Source of the DNA: Thermoanaerobaculia bacterium
GTDB taxonomy: Bacteria; Acidobacteriota; Thermoanaerobaculia; Multivoradales; UBA5704
Assembly (NCBI GenBank): GCA_036275055.1
Contig: DASUEN010000046.1
Coordinates: forward strand, 22,917-86,916
Length of the DNA: 64,000 nt
Direction of reading: 5' to 3'
In this document: positions 57,433 to 64,000 of the stretch, one piece after another
Layout: each line of letters begins with the position of its first letter
How positions within the stretch are numbered: the stretch's first letter is position 1
The notes under the pieces: model-generated
The model's database searches: none
What the model was told of the DNA's origin: nothing
The model's input: the letters and a program-made list of their open reading frames with translations, nothing else
Position numbers and translations under genes: made by a program

Positions 57433-57462
57433 CGTTGGTTCCTCCGCTCCGCAAGAATACAC

Positions 57463-57494
57463 GAGGCGCACGCCGAGCGATCGGCGTGCGCCTC
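57463..57494 (-). terminator. Perfect 14-bp hairpin with a GCGA tetraloop
   Basis: GAGGCGCACGCCGA gcga TCGGCGTGCGCCTC. On the minus strand it is followed by GTGTATTCTTG. It lies just downstream of the small lipoprotein ORF. Confidence 0.45.
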
Positions 57495-57522
57495 GATTTC
57501 AGAGCCGGAAGCGGGGCCACCC

Positions 57523-57684
57523 TCAGCGGGCGGCTACCTCCATCTGGGCTGCCGAAGGCACTGCCAGGTTGACCTCGAGCCTGCGGTCGTGGCGGCGGTG
57601 AGGGTCCCAACAACAACCGGTCGTGTAAAGAGCCGCGAGGCTGGCGAGGACCAGCAGGGCGGGCACGGTGCGTCTGATCTTCAT
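57523..57684 (-). CDS. Small putative lipoprotein (53 aa), below the ORF-track size cut-off
   Basis: My own translation is MKIRRTVPALLVLASLAALYTTGCCWDPHRRHDRRLEVNLAVPSAAQMEVAAR. The RBS GGAGGT lies upstream, and a lipobox-like LYTTGC is present. Confidence 0.45.
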   Translation of the reverse strand: MKIRRTVPALLVLASLAALYTTGCCWDPHRRHDRRLEVNLAVPSAAQMEVAAR

Positions 57685-57882
57685 GATCTATACCTCCTGC
57701 CCCGGGCGATATTGCACGAGGGGCGATCGACGACCGTCTATTGCATCTGCCGTGCCAGGAGAAAATCCGAGTGGAAACCGCGAGCTCGTCCTTGAACGAG
57801 GGCTGCTGTGGACTTTACGGAGGACGCGAGGCCGGGACCTCGGGTGCGCGCGCCGATTTTCCCAGCGCGCGCTCGTAAAAGC

Positions 57883-57910
57883 AAAAAGGGGGCGTCTCCG
57901 CCCCCTTTTT
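57883..57910 (-). terminator. Rho-independent terminator of the TonB-dependent-like receptor gene (symmetrical, usable in both directions)
   Basis: AAAAAGGGGGCG tctc CGCCCCCTTTTT has a GC-rich stem flanked by A and T runs. It lies 20 bp after the stop at 57930. Confidence 0.7.
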
Positions 57911-57929
57911 GCTTCGGCTGTGGCCGCGC

Positions 57930-60896
57930 TCAGAATTCGAAGCGGGCGGCGAGTTGGAAGGTGCGCGGGGTGGTGGTGACGTTGTTCAGGACGCCGAAGT
58001 CGACGCGCGGGGTCTGGCCGGTGCCCCAGGTGGTATTGGTGGTGAAACGGTTCGCCGCGTTCGTGCAGTTGAAGCAGTCGGCGAAGATCGAGAGATTACC
58101 GGTCCAGACCTTGAAGCTCTTCGAGAGCCGCAGGTCGAGACTGTAGAAGTCCGGCTGGCGGAAGCTGTTGCGGTCGAAGTGGTCGCCGTTGACCGTCGGG
58201 CGGTCGGTGCCGCTCTGGCCGTCGCCGTTGATGTCCGCGCCCACCAGCGGGGTATAGGGCGAGCCGGTGAAGTAGCGGAAGGTGCCGCTCAGGCCGAGCC
58301 CCCACCATGGGGTGTCCCAGAGACCGTTGAGCACGGTCTTCCAGCGCTGGTCGCGGTTCGAATAGCCATAGTTGAGACCCAGGTTGTTGAAGTCCTCGGC
58401 CTGGATGCCGGAGAAGTTGCGCTCGTTGGAGTCGCTGTCCTTGTCGATCGAGTAGGTGACGGCGCCGTAGTAGCTGAAGTGGTTGTCGTAGCGCCGGCGC
58501 AGGGTGGCGGTGACGCCGGTGTACTTCGACTCGGCGTCGGACTTGAGATCCGTGATGGTGCCGTAGAACGGGTCGGGCCGCGTCGTGCTGTAGTGCGGCA
58601 GGCCGTTGGAGGAGGTGGTGCCGTCATAGACCCGGTTCAGGTCGGTGAGGCGCTCGAGCTGCTTGGTCTTCGCATAGGTGAAGTCGAGGGCGAGCACGGT
58701 CTTGGCGAAGATCTCCCGCTCGCCGCCCACGGTCACGCGGTCGGTATAGGGGTCCTCGAAGTTCGGATCGATCGCGAAGACGCCCGGCGCGGCCAGCTTG
58801 GCGAGGTGGGAGAGGTCGAGCGGCGCGACGCCGACGGGAGTGAAGCCGGCGCCCCAACCCGGGAACGGGCCAGCGGTCGGCGACGGCGGACCGGTCACGA
58901 TCCCACCCACCTGTGTGGCGTTGATGGTGTACTGGGTGGCGCGGATGCCGTTGGAGGTCAAGAGCTGGGCGAACAGGATCGCCGGCGTGCGGCTCCAATA
59001 GCGGCCGGCCGAGAAGCGGAGGGCGGTCTTCTCGTCGGGCGCCCAGGAGATGCCGAGGCGGGGCGAGAGCTGGGTCTTGGTGTCCGGGATGTGCGCGTTC
59101 AGGTTGAACGAGCCGTCGGCGTTGCGGCTGTTCGGGTTCAAGACCGGGGCATTCGGGTTGTCCAGGCTCTCTTGGCGCAGGCCGAAGGAGACCGTCAGGT
59201 TGGGGCGCAAGAACCACTGGTCCTGCAGGAAGAAGGCGAGCTCCTTCTGGCCGAAGTTGGCGCGCCCCGCTTGGTCGGCGGTGAGGCCGTTCAGGCCGGC
59301 GAACTGCCGGTACTGCGACCAGCGGCCGGCCAGGAAGTCGGCCTGGTTGTTGAAGATGTAGACGCCGCGCCAGTTGCCCTTGAAGATCTGGTCGATGGTG
59401 GTGTCGTTGTACTCGGTGCCGCCCTTGATGACGTGATCCCCGGCCATGTAGGTCAGGGTGTCGCTGCCGCCCGTGCGCTTGTTCGTCGAGGTGATGGGGA
59501 GGAAGCTCACCTCGCCGTAGCGGGTGTTCGGCGCGTTGACGTCGATCTCGGGGAGGTTGAGCCCCTTGTCGGCGCGCGGCGTGTCCTCCTTGACGTAGGT
59601 GAGGTTGAGGTCGTTGAGCAGGTTGGAGCTGAACTGGCCGGAGTAGGAGCCGACGTAGGTCCACGCCTTCATCCCCTCGAGGCCGTTGACGCTCGCCGTG
59701 CGGTTCTGCGCGTTGGAGGTGCCGTTCTCGCCGGTGTAGGAGGCGACGTTGACGCGCGCCAGCACGCGGTGGGCGTCGTTGATCTGGTAGTCGAGGCGCC
59801 CGAAGCCGACGTAGCCGTCCTGGGTCTGCACGTACTGCGCCGGCGAGGCGAGGGCCGGATAGCGGGCAAAGACGGTCGGGTCCAGGTTGTTCGCCTGGAT
59901 GGGGATCGTGATGTCCTGCTTCTGCTTGTCGTAAGAGAGGAAGTAGAAGAGCCGGTCCTTCTGCAGCGGCCCGCCGAGCGAGGCGCCGTACTGCGCCTTC
60001 TTCTGATCCGCCGGCTTGGTGGAGAAGCCGAGGGGGAGGCTCTGCCCCGGCGCCAGCTCGGGCGTGGCGAAGTCGGAGATCAGGCTCTGCGGCTGGTTGT
60101 AGTAGAAGCCGGAGCCGTGCACGGCGTTGGTGCCGTTCTTGGTGATGATGTTGACGAAGCCGCCGCCCGAGCGCCCGAACTCCACGGAGGCGCCATTGGT
60201 GATCACCGAGAACTCCTTGATCGACTCCTCGGAGATCGACAGCGGCGCGCGCCCCTCGGCGACGCCGGTGGCGCCGCCGAAGAAGGCGTTGTTGTAGTCC
60301 ACGCCGTCGACGGTGATGTTGGTGTTGATGCCGCGCTGGCCCGACAGCGAGATGTTGTTGCGCTCGGAGTCGAGGCGGGTCTCCGGGGTGAAGAGGACCA
60401 GGTTCTTGAAGTCGCGGCCGGAGATCGGCAGGTTCTCGATCTGCTCGGTCTGGATGGTGGTGCCCACTGTGGTGTTGGTCACCTCGACCAGCGGCGCCTC
60501 GCTGGTGACGGTGATGGTCTCCGAAACCCTGGCACTCTGCAGGGTGAAGTTGACGGTCGGCGTCGAGCCCAGGAGCAGGCGGACGTTTTCGGCCGTGGCC
60601 GTCGCGAAGCCGTCCAGGGTCGCCGTAAGGGCGTAGTTGCCCGTGGGCAGGTTGAGGATGCGGTAGAAGCCCTGAGCGTCGGTGACGTCAGCGATCTTCA
60701 GGCCGGTATCCTTGTTGATGGCCTCGACGGTCACCCCGGGCAGGGGAGCCTTGTCGGTACCTTCGACGGTGCCGGAGACGCGGCTCGTCGTGACGTCGGT
60801 CTGGGCCAGGGCCGAGCCGGCCAACCCGAAGACCAGCAGCAGAGCCGCCAGGGCACAGACCCAGTTCCGAGAGCGGTTAGAGCGGACACGCACCAT
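57930..60896 (-). CDS. TonB-dependent-receptor-like outer-membrane protein with an N-terminal carboxypeptidase-regulatory-like domain
   Basis: A 988-aa ORF with a signal peptide and a CarboxypepD_reg-like N-terminus (VSGTVEGTDKAPLPGVTVEAINKDTGL...DAQGFYRILNLPTGNYAL). It has a plug-like region, a long beta-barrel and a terminal ...LAARFEF. Confidence 0.9.
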   Translation of the reverse strand: MVRVRSNRSRNWVCALAALLLVFGLAGSALAQTDVTTSRVSGTVEGTDKAPLPGVTVEAINKDTGLKIADVTDAQGFYRILNLPTGNYALTATLDGFATATAENVRLLLGSTPTVNFTLQSARVSETITVTSEAPLVEVTNTTVGTTIQTEQIENLPISGRDFKNLVLFTPETRLDSERNNISLSGQRGINTNITVDGVDYNNAFFGGATGVAEGRAPLSISEESIKEFSVITNGASVEFGRSGGGFVNIITKNGTNAVHGSGFYYNQPQSLISDFATPELAPGQSLPLGFSTKPADQKKAQYGASLGGPLQKDRLFYFLSYDKQKQDITIPIQANNLDPTVFARYPALASPAQYVQTQDGYVGFGRLDYQINDAHRVLARVNVASYTGENGTSNAQNRTASVNGLEGMKAWTYVGSYSGQFSSNLLNDLNLTYVKEDTPRADKGLNLPEIDVNAPNTRYGEVSFLPITSTNKRTGGSDTLTYMAGDHVIKGGTEYNDTTIDQIFKGNWRGVYIFNNQADFLAGRWSQYRQFAGLNGLTADQAGRANFGQKELAFFLQDQWFLRPNLTVSFGLRQESLDNPNAPVLNPNSRNADGSFNLNAHIPDTKTQLSPRLGISWAPDEKTALRFSAGRYWSRTPAILFAQLLTSNGIRATQYTINATQVGGIVTGPPSPTAGPFPGWGAGFTPVGVAPLDLSHLAKLAAPGVFAIDPNFEDPYTDRVTVGGEREIFAKTVLALDFTYAKTKQLERLTDLNRVYDGTTSSNGLPHYSTTRPDPFYGTITDLKSDAESKYTGVTATLRRRYDNHFSYYGAVTYSIDKDSDSNERNFSGIQAEDFNNLGLNYGYSNRDQRWKTVLNGLWDTPWWGLGLSGTFRYFTGSPYTPLVGADINGDGQSGTDRPTVNGDHFDRNSFRQPDFYSLDLRLSKSFKVWTGNLSIFADCFNCTNAANRFTTNTTWGTGQTPRVDFGVLNNVTTTPRTFQLAARFEF

Positions 60897-61121
60897 AAGT
60901 GAAGCCCTCCTTTGGCATGCGCAGTTTTTTTCGGGCGGATTCTACGCGAGGAGGAGCGACTCCTGTCGTACTGGCTGCGACCTTCCGGTGACAGGCCCTT
61001 GGCGATCAGGTGCCGCTGCCCGCTGTGCTAAGCTCCGCCCGCGAATGCGGTCGAAATGGACGGGCGGATTATACCCCGGACTGGCCCTCCGCGTTCCACT
61101 CTTCCTCTGCCGAGATTCAGC

Positions 61122-61612
61122 ATGGACTCTGAGGACCACCCTCTCGTCAGCGTCATCATGGGGAGCAAGTCGGACTGGGAGACCCTCGGCCACGCGGCCG
61201 ACATGCTCAACCGGTTCGGCGTCCCCCACGAGTGCCTCGTCGTCTCCGCCCACCGCACCCCTGACTGGATGGCCGAGTTCGCCAAGGGGGCCGAGGGGCG
61301 GGGGATCGAGGTCATCGTCGCCGGGGCCGGCGGCGCCGCCCACCTGCCGGGAATGGTCGCCGCCCAGACCCTGCTGCCGGTGCTGGGCGTCCCCGTCCAG
61401 AGCCAGACCCTGAACGGGCTCGACTCCCTGCTCGCGATCGTCCAGATGCCCTCGGGCGTGCCGGTGGGGACGATGGCCATCGGCAAGGCCGGCGCTGCCA
61501 ACGCCGCCCTGCTGGCCGTGCGCATCCTGGCGAGCTCCCGCCCGGCGCTACGGGAGAAGCTGCGGCAGTTCGTCGAGGAGCAGACCCGCCGGGTGCGGCA
61601 AGAGACGTTGCC

Positions 61613-61616
<4 letters not shown>
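61122..61616 (+). CDS. purE: N5-carboxyaminoimidazole ribonucleotide mutase
   Basis: [40 protein letters not shown]...[25 protein letters not shown] trimmed track ORF 61056..61616 to the ATG at 61122. Confidence 0.9.
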
Positions 61617-62770
<1,154 letters not shown>

Positions 62771-62777
62771 GTGGGCG

Positions 62778-62842
62778 GGGAGGGGGTGGCGAGGGGGCGG
62801 GAGAAGAGGGCCGGGTGATGAGGGTCTTGGGCGGGGGCGCTG
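62778..62842. repeat. G-rich repeat, solo arm (copy 3)
   Basis: GGGAGGGGGTGGCGAGGGGGCGGGAGAAGAGGGCCGGGTGATGAGGGTCTTGGGCGGGGGCGCT. It has the same orientation as arm B at 20624-20682 and is inverted relative to arm A at 20481-20538. It lies between the purK stop and the xylF stop. Confidence 0.85.
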
Positions 62843-62850
62843 ATAGGAGT

Positions 62851-63900
62851 CTACTGCCGCGGCCACTGCTCCCGCGGAACTCCGGCATACACCTGCTCAC
62901 GCGTATGGAACCCATCGGCGATCACGGTGGCGCTCAGGTTTGAGCGGTCCACGGCGATCGGCTCCAGCAGCAGGCTCGGCACGTCTTTGAAACCATTGTT
63001 GAGATGCCGCTTGGGTTTTTCGAATGGTTGTTTCCTGGCCATCGCTACGGCGATCTCCGCCGCCTTCGTGGCCAGCCGCTTGATCGGTTTGTAGACCGTC
63101 ATGCTCTGGGAGCCGGCGACGATGCGCTGGCAGGCGGTCAGCTCCGCGTCCTGGCCAGTGACCACGACTTTCCCTGCGAGCTGCTGCTCGGCCAGCGCCT
63201 GGATGGCGCCGCCCGCGAGGCCGTCGTTCGCCGCCACCACCGCGTCGATGCGGTTGTCGTGGCGCGTCAAGGCGTTTTCCATGATTTTCAGCGCCTCGAC
63301 CGGCTGCCAGTCGGCGGCGTACTGATCGGTGAGGACGTCGATGTCGTGCCGGTCGACGTAGGGTTTGAGGACTTTCATCTGCCCCTGATGGTAGAGGATG
63401 GCGTTGTTGTCGGCCGGGGAGCCGCCGATCAGCACGTAGTGCCCCTTGGGGACGCGCTGCACCGCGTAGCCGGCCTGCAATTCACCCACCCGCTCGTTGT
63501 CGAAAGAGAGATAGAGATCGACGTCCGCATCGTTGATCAGCCGGTCGTAGGCGATCACTGGCACTCCCGCGCGATGCGCCGCTTCGACGATGGTCGCCGC
63601 GGTCTTGCTGTTGTGCGGCGCGACCACCAGCACGTCCACGCCTTGGGTGAGGAGGTTCTCGGCCTGGGAGTTCTGCACCGCCTCGTCGTTGTTGGCCGCC
63701 TGCACGAGCACGCGGGCGCCGAGCTCGCCGCAGCGGCTGACGAACATGTCCCGGTCGCGCTGCCACCGCTCCTCGCGGAGGGTATCGAGCGAGAGGCCGA
63801 TGGTGAGCTGGCGTGCCCCTTTAGCCAGGCCAGCTCCGCGGTTGCAGCCGGCGACGGCGAGGGCGGCGGCCAGAAGCAGGATGAGGACGTTCTTTCGCAT
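62851..63900 (-). CDS. xylF: Xylose-type ABC transporter periplasmic sugar-binding lipoprotein
   Basis: I trimmed track ORF 62851..63978 to the ATG at 63900 (MRKNVLILLLAAALAVAGCNRG lipobox). The sequence is XylF-like (VLVVAPHNSKTAATIVEAAHRAGVPVIAYDRLI...VVAANDGLAGGAIQAL). Confidence 0.85.
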   Translation of the reverse strand: MRKNVLILLLAAALAVAGCNRGAGLAKGARQLTIGLSLDTLREERWQRDRDMFVSRCGELGARVLVQAANNDEAVQNSQAENLLTQGVDVLVVAPHNSKTAATIVEAAHRAGVPVIAYDRLINDADVDLYLSFDNERVGELQAGYAVQRVPKGHYVLIGGSPADNNAILYHQGQMKVLKPYVDRHDIDVLTDQYAADWQPVEALKIMENALTRHDNRIDAVVAANDGLAGGAIQALAEQQLAGKVVVTGQDAELTACQRIVAGSQSMTVYKPIKRLATKAAEIAVAMARKQPFEKPKRHLNNGFKDVPSLLLEPIAVDRSNLSATVIADGFHTREQVYAGVPREQWPRQ

Positions 63901-64000
63901 GGTGTTCCAGGGCGGCGGCCCCAGAGGACCGCCGCCAGGCTCGAGATCGAATTCAGTGGCCCGGGGTTTGGGTGGCACAGGGGACGCAGACCCAGACGCA

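Overview
The window is a very GC-rich bacterial chromosome segment. Gene content suggests Acidobacteriota or a similar phylum (CarboxypepD_reg-type TonB-like receptors, many Ser/Thr kinases, Alternative Complex III), but this is inference only.

The flanks are housekeeping:
- 1-7.4 kb: an Alternative Complex III operon (actA-E, minus strand) with an extra dihaem cytochrome c.
- 7.7-10.5 kb: a divergent pentahaem cytochrome.
- 10.4-20.4 kb: pmbA/tldD, two acyl-CoA carboxyltransferases, glyA, a MoaD-MoaE fusion and an S10 peptidase.
- 54-64 kb: an ATP-grasp/LLM monooxygenase/nitroreductase operon, a TonB-dependent-like receptor, purEK and xylF.

The xylose ABC genes are split. xylGH lies at 20.7-23.4 kb (+) and xylF at 62.9-63.9 kb (-). 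Both break points sit on copies of one G-rich repeat, which suggests a ~42-kb inversion.

The segment between them (23.4-54.2 kb) is accessory and mosaic:
- three double-glycine-leader, Cys/Thr-rich precursor-like peptides;
- a decayed Dps gene;
- a DUF234-type ATPase, an orphan MazE-like antitoxin and an AT-rich islet with a 2-TM protein;
- a phase-locked ~20-bp tandem array upstream of a Ser/Thr kinase plus FHA regulator operon;
- a collagen-like secreted protein;
- an FHA-type sigma54 activator with two textbook -24/-12 promoters;
- two paralogous HTH-TPR regulators around a secreted Cys-loop repeat peptide;
- a 1229-aa TIR/NB-ARC/14xWD40 NLR-like protein next to an ankyrin protein.

I found no rRNA, tRNA, CRISPR array, transposase or integrase. 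Many long ORFs in the track are antisense shadows typical of high-GC DNA and are not called.
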